Shown here: positions 1 through 7,897 of the stretch, piece after piece
Numbering within the stretch: position 1 is the first letter of the stretch
How the letters are laid out: each line of letters begins with the position of its first letter
From: a virus
IMG/VR virus record: IMGVR_UViG_3300037244_000023
Reading direction: 5' to 3' (one strand)
Length of the DNA stretch: 55,266 bases
Position numbers and translations under genes: made by a program
The notes under the pieces: generated by a model
The model's input: the letters and a program-made list of their open reading frames with translations, nothing else
What the model was told of the DNA's origin: nothing
Database searches by the model: none

Positions 1-127
1 TTGCATCAGCAAGAGTTGGATCGGAACCCGAGAACCAGGGTGGACGCGGAAAGGGAGTGGTATGAACACCAGCGGGCAGCGATGATGGCCCCGGATTACA
101 CCCAATCCATGACCGCAAACCAAGCCG
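1..127. repeat. Terminal direct repeat, left copy, identical to 55140-55266; most likely a circular-assembly overlap
   Basis: Read directly: both copies start ttgcatcagcaagagttggatcgg and end accgcaaaccaagccg. A length of 127 equals a common maximal assembler k-mer. Confidence 0.95.
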
Positions 128-138
128 GGAGATTCTGA
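1..138 (+). CDS. 3' end of the wrap-around hypothetical coiled-coil protein gene that starts at 54510 (duplicated copy plus 11 unique nt and the stop)
   Basis: Frame 1 is open from base 1 to TGA at 136-138. It is in phase with the ORF that runs off the window end at 55266. Confidence 0.6.
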   Translation: MHQQELDRNPRTRVDAEREWYEHQRAAMMAPDYTQSMTANQAGRF

Positions 139-305
139 TGAGAAGCGCAACCGCAGTTTCACTCGGATTTGGGTTTGACTTTAAGACCTGGGCAGTAGGC
201 TTCTGGTGGGAGAAGACCAGGGAAATCTTGCCGGGACATGCGCTGACGGTCTGCGTGTTATGCCTGGGATTGCGGGTGTGCGTCCAGGAAGTCATGTTAC
301 CATGA
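138..305 (+). CDS. Small hypothetical protein (55 aa, hydrophobic, Cys-rich C-terminus)
   Basis: The ATG overlaps the upstream stop (TGATG) and the frame is open to TGA at 303-305. It is below the 60-aa cutoff of the ORF track. Confidence 0.3.
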   Translation: MRSATAVSLGFGFDFKTWAVGFWWEKTREILPGHALTVCVLCLGLRVCVQEVMLP

Positions 306-311
306 GCCATT

Positions 312-386
312 TGGGGAGTAGCCAAATGGTAAGGCACCGCGCTTTGAACGCGGCTATTGAAGGTTCGATTCCTTCCTCCCCAGCCA
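312..386 (+). tRNA. tRNA-Gln (anticodon UUG) with encoded CCA
   Basis: Cloverleaf read by hand. Acceptor TGGGGAG/CTCCCCA, anticodon stem CCGCG/CGCGG, loop CTTTGAA, T arm GAAGG-TTCGATT-CCTTC, discriminator G, then CCA. Confidence 0.9.
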
Positions 387-398
387 TAGGAGAAACAC

Positions 399-575
399 AT
401 GAAGTGCCGCCATTGTGGTAAATCAGGCGTTGATGCGCTGTTTGAAGTCCGGCTTTGCTGCGAAGGGAGAAAGAAGCGCCGCATCTGGCTATGTGAGAAG
501 TGTGATGAAGAACTGCAACACCGAATAATTATATTCTTCAACATCAAGTTACCCATAACGGGAGGGATTGTATGA
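399..575 (+). CDS. Small zinc-ribbon-like protein (58 aa; CxxC ... CxxC)
   Basis: AGGAG lies 6 nt upstream of the ATG. Translation is MKCRHCGKSG...LCEKCDEE. The stop overlaps the next ATG (ATGA). Confidence 0.5.
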   Translation: MKCRHCGKSGVDALFEVRLCCEGRKKRRIWLCEKCDEELQHRIIIFFNIKLPITGGIV

Positions 576-691
576 AGCAAGGTTACACCGACATCACCAT
601 GGTTCTGGACCGCAGCGGGTCCATGAGCCGCATCCACACCGACACCATCGGTGGGATCAACCAGAGTGACTATGATGCCCAGAAGCGATAA
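572..691 (+). pseudogene. N-terminal fragment of a vWA-domain protein (MIDAS motif only, 39 codons)
   Basis: Translation MKQGYTDITMVLDRSGSMSRIHTDTIGGIN matches the DxSxS start of phage vWA proteins. It stops after 39 codons and no continuation exists in any frame. Confidence 0.45.
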
Positions 692-878
692 CTCCACCGC
701 AGACCTGGACCAGCAGGACCGGAATTTGGGGCAAGAACTATTCCGCATAACCGCACTCACTACGTTGGAGGGGATAACCATTGCGCTGGAAGCACTAGGG
801 GAGATTCTGAAAAGCCCGGTGGAGAACAGCCATGGCCTCGCCAGGATCGCCCTTGACAGGATCAAGGCTCTGAAGTAA
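651..878 (+). CDS. Hypothetical helical protein (likely starts at an internal ATG near 672)
   Basis: ORF from the track. It is followed directly by a strong intrinsic terminator. Confidence 0.35.
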   Translation: MGSTRVTMMPRSDNSTADLDQQDRNLGQELFRITALTTLEGITIALEALGEILKSPVENSHGLARIALDRIKALK

Positions 879-946
879 GTTGGGGATGGTTAGGGATGGG
901 CGCTTCCTGATCCAAGCGACCCACTTCATAGTGTCCTCCAAGACGG

Positions 947-976
947 CCCCCAGGTTATCGTGACCTGGGGGTTTTT
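947..976 (+). terminator. Rho-independent terminator (possibly bidirectional)
   Basis: 9-bp stem cccccaggt/acctggggg, 7-nt loop, then TTTTT. It sits between convergent ORFs 651-878 (+) and 977-1165 (-). Confidence 0.75.
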
Positions 977-1165
977 CTATGTACGCTTGACCAGGATGAC
1001 CGGAACATCCTTCTCCTTGAGGCGGTCGGCAGTTTCCGCCTTCTCCATGGCCAATTTGCGTCTCTGCTTTTCCAGCCGCTTCTTCTCGGCCCGCTCCCGG
1101 TCCCGCGCATCACGAAATTCATGAGCCAGGAAATCAGTCAACACATAGGGGACGCGACGATCCAT
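977..1165 (-). CDS. Hypothetical charged helical protein (62 aa from the SD-preceded ATG; the ORF is open to 1210)
   Basis: GGGAGGAG precedes the ATG of MDRRVPYVL... It is an isolated minus-strand gene in a plus-strand region. Confidence 0.4.
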   Translation of the reverse strand: MDRRVPYVLTDFLAHEFRDARDRERAEKKRLEKQRRKLAMEKAETADRLKEKDVPVILVKRT

Positions 1166-1712
1166 AAACTCCTCCCAACCAAGCATAATGTGCCCAGCGC
1201 CCATTGACAAGGAACCAGCAAGGGTGGACCATTATTCCAAGGCGGTCACGCACCGCTGATAGAGGAACCCGATGGTGGCACCCCAGAACTGCGAGAAATG
1301 CCAACAGAGCGACGAGCTAGCGGGAAATCTTCATCGAAGCCGTGAGTTGAAGGCGGCAAAATCTGGTCGGCGTTTAGTGCCGCTTGCCAGAGGAAAGGCT
1401 GTATGGACATTTGGCTCAAAGTTCATACAGGACAGTTCGATAGGCCGAGCAGATACACGGGAGCGATCCCCCTGGAATGGTGAACCGCACTCCAGACTCC
1501 ACAAGAGTAATCTGTTGCACTAATCTGTCTGTATCAGTATCCAGACCTGAGCGCATAATACTCACATCCTAAGATGGAGGCTCTTTGTCTGTCTAAATGT
1601 CACTAGTTTGATCTCAGCATTCCAAATATCAAGTAAAACTGTAATCTACTGCAATACTTGCCCATCATACAGGTGGGCTTTTTGTTGTTCCGATCAGTGA
1701 ATTCAAAAATCG

Positions 1713-1771
1713 CCAAATTTTTGGGGGAGGGAAATTGTGAATTTGGGAATTCCAAAATTTTTGGGGAGGGG
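1713..1771. repeat. Two direct copies of CCAAA(A)TTTTTGGGG(G)AGGG flanking a GAATT...AATTC inverted repeat
   Basis: Read directly at 1713-1731 and 1752-1771. Confidence 0.85.
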
Positions 1772-1981
1772 ATATCCCTCGCGCCCCCCGGTCCAAGCTT
1801 GTGGTCCCCAGTCCCCCCGGTCATTCTTACCCACAGCCAGGGTCGGGCTAGGCCAGCGTTGCCCAGCAGCACAGGTAGACTGGGCAGGACGTGCCTAGCC
1901 AGGCTGGGGAGCTGGGCATATCTTGTATGATAAGGATAAGATTAATGTTTATTTTATTGGGTGAGTGGGCAAGAAAGGATA

Positions 1982-2020
1982 TCCTCCTGTTGCACTAGGC
2001 GTCCTCCCGTTGCACTAGGC
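1982..2020. repeat. Tandem direct repeat, 2 x about 20 bp (TCCTCCYGTTGCACTAGGC)
   Basis: Read directly: tcctcctgttgcactaggc g tcctcccgttgcactaggc. Confidence 0.9.
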
Positions 2021-2566
2021 ATGCTTTGCTTGATCCTTCCATCCAATGATATCAGCAGCATGTATGATGCACATGTTACCCAGCATTGAATGCATGATGA
2101 GCAATGTATTATAGATACCATGTGTAAACACTAGATGCATAGTATGGGATGCTAACGCATTAAGATGCATGGATAGGCTCATGGAATATGAGTAAGGTAT
2201 GCTCATGTATAGAGCATGGATACTTTGTAGTCACAGTGTGTAATAAGTAGTCACTCATCTAGTAGTACGAACGGTCGTTCTATTTTCAGCTCAGACTAGA
2301 ACCTAGTTCTAAATAGAAATCATTTTCATCTGGCCTACCCTGTCAAAACAGAACTCATTTCTACATGAAAACCATTTTCATTTAGCCATCGGTCAAGGTC
2401 GAGCTTGCCGACCAGCATGTGCCGAATCCGATTGGGTAGGCTAGATGTATCCCTGGCATCCTGGGCCCTCCTGGCGCAAGCATGGGCCATCCTGGGAACC
2501 TTGGGCCATATCCTCTATTAGTGTGCGATCCATCCATCCGTTGTGTGATATTCGTCACATGAGGTA

Positions 2567-2595
2567 TTGACGTTTAAACCCAACGGACATATCCT
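2567..2595 (+). promoter_or_regulatory. Sigma70-like promoter (TTGACG-17-TATCCT) overlapping a GTTTAAAC site
   Basis: Hexamers and spacing were read directly. It lies 37 nt upstream of the 2632 ORF. Confidence 0.45.
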
Positions 2596-2631
2596 TCCAT
2601 TGGGTCGATTGATCCAAACGGAGGAACGCAA

Positions 2632-2703
2632 ATGAACATACGCTTTTTGGTCTGTGCCATCCTAGGCGGTATCGTTTCAATCCTTGTTTCCATCCTCTTC
2701 TAA
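2632..2703 (+). CDS. Very small hydrophobic peptide (23 aa)
   Basis: GGAGG lies 8 nt upstream. Translation is MNIRFLVCAILGGIVSILVSILF. Confidence 0.3.
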   Translation: MNIRFLVCAILGGIVSILVSILF

Positions 2704-2713
2704 GGGGAATCCA

Positions 2714-3292
2714 ATGCCATCCATAGCCATAGATGCTCGTGAATCATGGCTCCATGCCGTGACTGATGCCATCCGGCCCTGGTACGCGGCCCTTGGTCAT
2801 CCAATCCCCGAGGTCCAGCTAGCTTGCGGTTTTCCGTCATCCGGTATCCGGTCTAAAACAATCGGGGAATGTTGGAGCCCAGCGGCTAGTGCAGATGGTC
2901 GCAAGCCTCAAATATTCATTCATCCTAAATATGACAATGCCGTGACCGTGGCTGAAATCCTAGTGCATGAACTGGTCCATGCGGCTGTAGGGAACAAGTG
3001 TAAACATCATGGGCCATTTAAGACTACGGCATTAGCCATAGGGCTTGAGGGGGATATGAAGGCCACCCATGCCGGGGCCGCGCTAATTGAACGTCTGGGG
3101 CCAGTCCTGGAAGCCATCGGCCCCTATCCTCATTCTGCCCTAGCCGGTCTAGTGAATCCCAAAAAGAAGCAGACCACCCGCATGATCAAATGCACATGCC
3201 CCGGATGCGGCTATGTGATTCGTACTACCCGGCAATGGCTAGACAAGGCCATCCCCCAATGTGGCATATGCGAGGCCCCTTTCACATATTGA
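2714..3292 (+). CDS. SprT-like zinc metalloprotease-fold protein with a C-terminal zinc ribbon
   Basis: HExxH motif in ILVHELVHAAVG and a C-terminal CTCPGCG...CGICE. The ATG at 2714 is preceded by AAGGGG; the track ORF starts at 2684. Confidence 0.6.
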   Translation: MPSIAIDARESWLHAVTDAIRPWYAALGHPIPEVQLACGFPSSGIRSKTIGECWSPAASADGRKPQIFIHPKYDNAVTVAEILVHELVHAAVGNKCKHHGPFKTTALAIGLEGDMKATHAGAALIERLGPVLEAIGPYPHSALAGLVNPKKKQTTRMIKCTCPGCGYVIRTTRQWLDKAIPQCGICEAPFTY

Positions 3293-3362
3293 TGTTTAAA
3301 CGCAAGGAAATAATTCCTTGCACATTGTTCCAATGAGTGTAACCTGAACTGGAGGAAAGACC

Positions 3363-3590
3363 ATGAATCGATCCAATCCAATCGAATCCATCCTGGACGC
3401 GGCCCATAGCCAACCTGGGATGTATTCCATCGTCCGAATCTGGCCCCGGATTGAGCGGCTAGCAATCCATCTGAAACGGTCGAACGCCACGGATCAATAT
3501 CATGCCCTGGCCCTGGCCGGTCAAAAAATCGCTCAGGTATGGCGGGGCTATGACGGGAATGCGTATATCCTCAGGCAAACGGGGAACTGA
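3363..3590 (+). CDS. Hypothetical protein (75 aa)
   Basis: GGAGGAAAG Shine-Dalgarno sequence upstream of the ATG. Confidence 0.6.
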   Translation: MNRSNPIESILDAAHSQPGMYSIVRIWPRIERLAIHLKRSNATDQYHALALAGQKIAQVWRGYDGNAYILRQTGN

Positions 3591-3756
3591 CCATTACTAG
3601 CTATGATATCAACCATCCGCCTACAATCCACAATCAATCATCCCAATGGGTTTCTTCCAAAACGAATATTGAAACCTGAAACCGGAATTGACGATTTGAC
3701 CGTCTAGACGGTCAATAAATTCGGGCAATCCCGCCCGGATGTTTTTGGAGGCTCCA

Positions 3757-4224
3757 ATGAACCATATTTCCAACATCACTGGCATCCTGGCCGTGGGCGA
3801 TACCCTGTCGTTTCGTGACGAAGCCGACAATATCCTGACCTATACGGTCAAGACTACTCGCCGCTCCAATCTGCCCTATCTGGCGCACAACGATGGGGAT
3901 AACCGGGAAATTTTCGCGGCCCTGGATATGAGTGGCGCGGATATCGCGGCCATGGCGCAGGCCGCCTACGGCTATGCCGCGACCGGCCCCAAGTTCCCCC
4001 GCGCGCAGTCCAATGATTTCGCGGCCCTGACGCGGTTGGCAAACGCCATTTTTGCCAAGATCTCCAGCCCGGCCCCCAGCCCGGCCCCCGTCCCGGCCCC
4101 GGTCGCCCCGCCCTTCCCGGCCCCGGTCGCCCCGCCCTTCCCGGCCCCCGTCACGGTCAAGAGTGGCAAGTACTCCGTCACAATTTCTCTGACGGAGGCG
4201 GGGATCACTATCGTTATCAGCTAG
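3757..4224 (+). CDS. Hypothetical protein with a Pro/Ala-rich repeat linker
   Basis: GGAGG precedes the ATG at 3757. It contains PAPVAPPFPAPVAPPF. Confidence 0.6.
   Translation: MNHISNITGILAVGDTLSFRDEADNILTYTVKTTRRSNLPYLAHNDGDNREIFAALDMSGADIAAMAQAAYGYAATGPKFPRAQSNDFAALTRLANAIFAKISSPAPSPAPVPAPVAPPFPAPVAPPFPAPVTVKSGKYSVTISLTEAGITIVIS
4093..4140 (+). repeat. Perfect 24-bp tandem duplication inside the 3757-4224 gene
   Basis: ccggccccggtcgccccgcccttc occurs twice, read directly. Confidence 0.9.
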
Positions 4225-4260
4225 GGCCGCGCCCCGGCTGATAATCCATCTAATCCAGCG

Positions 4261-4281
4261 GGGCCGGGTGAGTACCGGCCC
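4261..4281 (+). terminator. GC-rich hairpin after the 3757-4224 gene (weak U-tract)
   Basis: Stem gggccgg/ccggccc with a 7-nt loop. It is followed by tgcttgcGTTTAAAC. Confidence 0.35.
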
Positions 4282-4312
4282 TGCTTGCGTTTAAACACAC
4301 TGGAGGCTAACT

Positions 4313-4489
4313 ATGTCAATTCCTATCCTGCTAATACTCAAGACGGTCATCCTCAAAGAGGGCCCCCGGCCCAATCCACGTATTCCAGGGGCCAAAGACC
4401 TAGAGGTTCAGGCCCAGACGATCAAGAAAACCGGCCCTGGTAAGATCCCCTGCCCTTTTGTCGTCGCACCTAAGAAAATGGAGGATTGA
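4313..4489 (+). CDS. Small hypothetical protein (58 aa)
   Basis: GGAGG lies 7 nt upstream. Translation is MSIPILLILKTVILKEG... Confidence 0.4.
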   Translation: MSIPILLILKTVILKEGPRPNPRIPGAKDLEVQAQTIKKTGPGKIPCPFVVAPKKMED

Positions 4490-4493
4490 TCCC

Positions 4494-6128
4494 ATGTGTA
4501 TGAATTGTCTGAAAAAAGCAATTGAGCGACGGATTAATCATCTGTATTCCCAGGGGGAAAGGTGGCTAGCCCAGGAAATCAAGCTAGAAAAACATCCGGC
4601 AGTTATGGACGCAGCGGTACTGGCAATTGAAGCCTATGCTAAAACACTAGGTATGGCCTGGCATGATTCCGAAAAAGCAGTTGATTACTGCAATGAAATT
4701 GCTATAATTATTGCCAAGGAATACCCGCATTCCGCTATTGAAGATGCTGGGCAAGTATCATATACACAGTGTATGGAACATGGAGAAATTGGCCGTCATA
4801 CCGTCTGCAAATTGGGACGGTATGTTGCAAAACATTTTCCGGCATTACCTGGGGATGTTGTTGAAACCATTGTTGTCAAATATAAACAAGCAAGCGCCAT
4901 GAATTTTCGCATTGTGACCGATCAAGAATTGACAGCGGCTATGATCCGGTCAGTCGCACATAGTTGTATGCACCGATGTGACCATAACGGGACAATGCAT
5001 TGGGATGAGGAGAATCATCCGTACAAGGTATACTCTTCCCGGCTGGGCTGGGGAATGGCAGTTCGGGAAGACGGCAATGGAAAAGGAAAGGCCCGGTCAA
5101 TTGTGCGTTTAAACGAAAAAAAATTCATCCGTATCTATGGCTCGGATGCTAATGAATCCCATCAAACCATCGGAGATGATCCACCACTGAGAGAATGGCT
5201 AACACTACAGGGGTTTAGTACATGTCGGGATTTTACCGGATGCAAAATTGAGCGTATCCCCATGTGTGGCCGGGCTGATTTTCTGGCCCCTTACATTGAT
5301 GGCGAAGTTAAAAAAGCATTTCTTGACAAAGAAGATAAAAATGCATTGTTGGTTAATCCAAAGGGCAATTTGTCATTACAAAATACCGGGGGAAGAACCT
5401 CGGTACTGTATGAGATTCGGGAAGGGCAGACGCTATGTTCTGACTCCACCTGGTGCCCTGATGAACTGGTTCAGATATGCGCCGATGGTCGTATATTCCG
5501 CCGGGATAACTGTCGATTTATTGATCGAAGGCAGGAATGGTACCATTGGGAACATTGCATTGAAGTTAACGGGAAATTGGAATATCGGCAAGATGTTGTC
5601 ATTGCCACAACATTTAATGGTTCCAGGAATTATGTACTCAAGGCAGATTGTCAACAGATTAAAAGAAATGGGTACACACAGTGGGCACTTAATTCTCATT
5701 TAACTGCTGATTTTAGGGGAGAATTGCACTATACAGAAGCATTGATCCAATTGACCGGAGGGGTCAAAAAAGGCCAATATGCGCTAAAGATCAAAACATG
5801 CACTCGGGACCGCGATGGGGCCATCCTTCTAAAACAGGATGCCGGACATTTCAATTACCATCTTACCCCGGAACAATGGGAGCCTATGCTGGGCGATCAA
5901 GTGAAATTAAGTGAATATGGACTCAAGAAATATGGTAGATCATTAGCTAATCCTGATAATGTTGCAGGCATTATTAAATTCGCATATAACAGTGATCAAT
6001 ATTACGGTGTCGAATGGAAGAACGGCTATCATAATTTCTATGATGAAAACCGCTCTCTTGAATTGATTGCAACCGCGTCCCAATTACAAAAGCGTACCGC
6101 CCAGGAAAGGATGGCTACCAGTGTTTAA
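4494..6128 (+). CDS. Large hypothetical protein (about 544 aa), Cys/His/Trp-rich, no domain recognised
   Basis: Long ORF. The ATG at 4494 is preceded by GGAGG; the track ORF starts at 4458. The region looks visibly more AT-rich than its neighbours. Confidence 0.7.
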   Translation: MCMNCLKKAIERRINHLYSQGERWLAQEIKLEKHPAVMDAAVLAIEAYAKTLGMAWHDSEKAVDYCNEIAIIIAKEYPHSAIEDAGQVSYTQCMEHGEIGRHTVCKLGRYVAKHFPALPGDVVETIVVKYKQASAMNFRIVTDQELTAAMIRSVAHSCMHRCDHNGTMHWDEENHPYKVYSSRLGWGMAVREDGNGKGKARSIVRLNEKKFIRIYGSDANESHQTIGDDPPLREWLTLQGFSTCRDFTGCKIERIPMCGRADFLAPYIDGEVKKAFLDKEDKNALLVNPKGNLSLQNTGGRTSVLYEIREGQTLCSDSTWCPDELVQICADGRIFRRDNCRFIDRRQEWYHWEHCIEVNGKLEYRQDVVIATTFNGSRNYVLKADCQQIKRNGYTQWALNSHLTADFRGELHYTEALIQLTGGVKKGQYALKIKTCTRDRDGAILLKQDAGHFNYHLTPEQWEPMLGDQVKLSEYGLKKYGRSLANPDNVAGIIKFAYNSDQYYGVEWKNGYHNFYDENRSLELIATASQLQKRTAQERMATSV

Positions 6129-7215
6129 AAAAAAGAAAGAACCCAAGACAATCCTGGATTGTCCTGAGCCAATCCTTTGGCATCTTCTGTCAACCAAGCG
6201 GCCCCACGGTTCCAAGGGCATCCAAGAGTGTATGACACATATTGAAGCACTGGCCCCAAGGGGGTCCGTGATTCATCGGGATACCTGGGATAACCTTTGG
6301 ATTGATTGTCGAGGGGAAACAGGGGCCAAGACGATGTTTGCGGCGCATTTGGATACCGTGGAGGCCAGGGGCCAGGAAGGGCTGAATACCTTGCTCTGGT
6401 ATCACTCTGGGTGGGTGGATACCGCCGGTAAAGCCATCCTGGGAGCCGATGACGGGGCCGGATGCGCCATGCTGGTATCTCTGATGATGGGAGGCATCCC
6501 GGCCCTTTATGTGTTTACACAGGGTGAGGAATGTGGGGGCCTTGCGGCTAAGGAGGCGGCCAAAGATACCATCCAATTGACTGGGATTGATCGCTGTATC
6601 GCCTTTGATCGCAAGGGTAACAGGGATATTGTGGCAGATCAGGCCAGGGGCGTTTTAGCCTCCCGCGCGTTTGTCACGGACCTAGCAAGCAAGTTAGGGA
6701 TGGGCCATACCTGGAGCACTGGTAGTTACACCGATTCATCCGAATTTTCCGGTACCATCAAGGAAATAGTAAATATTTCAATAGGGTACACGGCCAATCA
6801 TTCTGTAAACGAACGGCTGGATTACCTGTATTTCAAAAATCTTAGAACTGCTTGCCTAGCCCTGGATTGGGAGTCCTTGCCCACCGTCGGGCCTGACCCA
6901 GCGGCTAACAAATGGCGCAAATATGGGAATGCCGGTTACCAGGGCTGGGACGGTAACGACTGGTGGAATGATGACGCATACGTGTCCAGAGGGTCCAAGG
7001 GCCATCAGCCGGCCCTACCTTTGATTACCTTGGACAAATGCCCCTGGATTGGGGAGGCTCGAATTTTGGCCGATTCGCTGGGCTTTGATTCAGACGTTGA
7101 TGAGGCCCTCACTACCAAGCTATCTCAAAGTCTAAAGGACATGTACGATTTAGGCGGTATTCATGCTCGACAAGATATCTACAAAGTGAGAGGGACAGCT
7201 AAGATCATCAATTGA
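6121..7215 (+). CDS. M20/M28/M42-type dinuclear zinc peptidase-like protein
   Basis: Ligand-like motifs appear in order: AAHLDTV, LGADDGAGCA, TQGEECGG, AFDRKG, TANHS. The start is uncertain (GTG 6121, with the ORF open from 6067). Confidence 0.6.
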   Translation: MFKKKKEPKTILDCPEPILWHLLSTKRPHGSKGIQECMTHIEALAPRGSVIHRDTWDNLWIDCRGETGAKTMFAAHLDTVEARGQEGLNTLLWYHSGWVDTAGKAILGADDGAGCAMLVSLMMGGIPALYVFTQGEECGGLAAKEAAKDTIQLTGIDRCIAFDRKGNRDIVADQARGVLASRAFVTDLASKLGMGHTWSTGSYTDSSEFSGTIKEIVNISIGYTANHSVNERLDYLYFKNLRTACLALDWESLPTVGPDPAANKWRKYGNAGYQGWDGNDWWNDDAYVSRGSKGHQPALPLITLDKCPWIGEARILADSLGFDSDVDEALTTKLSQSLKDMYDLGGIHARQDIYKVRGTAKIIN

Positions 7216-7223
7216 TACCATAG

Positions 7224-7279
7224 CCCCGGATTAACCCCCAGGATGGGCCATTCCCACCTGGGGGTTATTGTATCCGGGG
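7224..7279 (+). terminator. Nested GC-rich double hairpin downstream of the peptidase gene
   Basis: Outer stem ccccggat/atccgggg encloses inner stem cccccagg/cctggggg. There is no clear U-tract. Confidence 0.4.
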
Positions 7280-7790
7280 CATTCCTTTGTCTCATCCTGG
7301 GATACGTTTTGTTTAAACATATAGAAAGGAGGCCGGACAGGTCCACAAAAATAGACTGCAAAATTGACTCGACAAATATTGCCGACCGGCTATATTTATA
7401 GGGTAGATTCTGCCCATAACCAGGCAGGATTTGCCCAGGCAGGGGTGATAGTGGGCAGATTTTGCCGAATTGCGGGGCGCGGGCGGGAATACGCCCGTGG
7501 AGATTCTCTCCTCCCATGGCCAGCCGCACACCATCGTCCGAATCCCCATACGGATATGGGAATCTGCCCAAACGAATTCTATTATATAGTGTGGCACGGC
7601 GTATCTGCACAACACTTTATAAATGGGGCGCGGAGGGGGAACCCCCAGAATTGGCTGGGATTTTATTTTTTTTTTGGGGGCCGGGTTATCACACGTTTAA
7701 ACGCAGCAAATTTTTTTTTCATCAAGCATCTTGCAATCTCATCCACTGGGTCTATCATAGGGAGTGCAACATCAGAACACCGGAGGCACG

Positions 7791-7886
7791 ATGCGACACT
7801 GGCTCTTGCTTGCTTTGATCCTGGCAATGATCGGCGCTGGGATTGTTCGGTGGGGGCCAAGCGCGTGGGCCGCAACTTTCAACTGA
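7791..7886 (+). CDS. Small membrane or signal-like peptide (31 aa)
   Basis: GGAGG lies 5 nt upstream. Translation is MRHWLLLALILAMIGAGIVRWG... Confidence 0.35.
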   Translation: MRHWLLLALILAMIGAGIVRWGPSAWAATFN

Positions 7887-7897
7887 CTGGAGGGCAT

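Larger units (their letters stand above)
1600..2680. other. About 1.1 kb ORF-poor, repeat-rich control region (candidate origin, packaging or regulatory region)
   Basis: Only short, non-protein-like ORFs on either strand. It holds several direct and inverted repeats and an AT-rich core at 2040-2400 with repeated ATGCAT motifs. Confidence 0.5.

Noticed and set aside
1-127. Terminal repeat as a biological direct terminal repeat (T7-like physical ends)
   Set aside because: The length equals a standard assembler k-mer, the repeat cuts through a coding sequence, and it starts inside a tandem duplication. An assembly overlap is the simpler explanation, and read-level data are needed to decide.
206-421. 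71-aa ORF
   Set aside because: It reads straight through the tRNA-Gln gene and has no SD.
1982-2020. Possibility that the tandem or dispersed repeats form a CRISPR array
   Set aside because: There are only two adjacent units with no spacers. No repeat-spacer periodicity exists anywhere in the window.
7364-7897. N-terminal 178 codons of the 374-aa track ORF that ends in the RNA ligase
   Set aside because: The upstream part is not protein-like and contains T-runs and regulatory-looking repeats. The ligase domain starts at the SD-preceded ATG at 7898.
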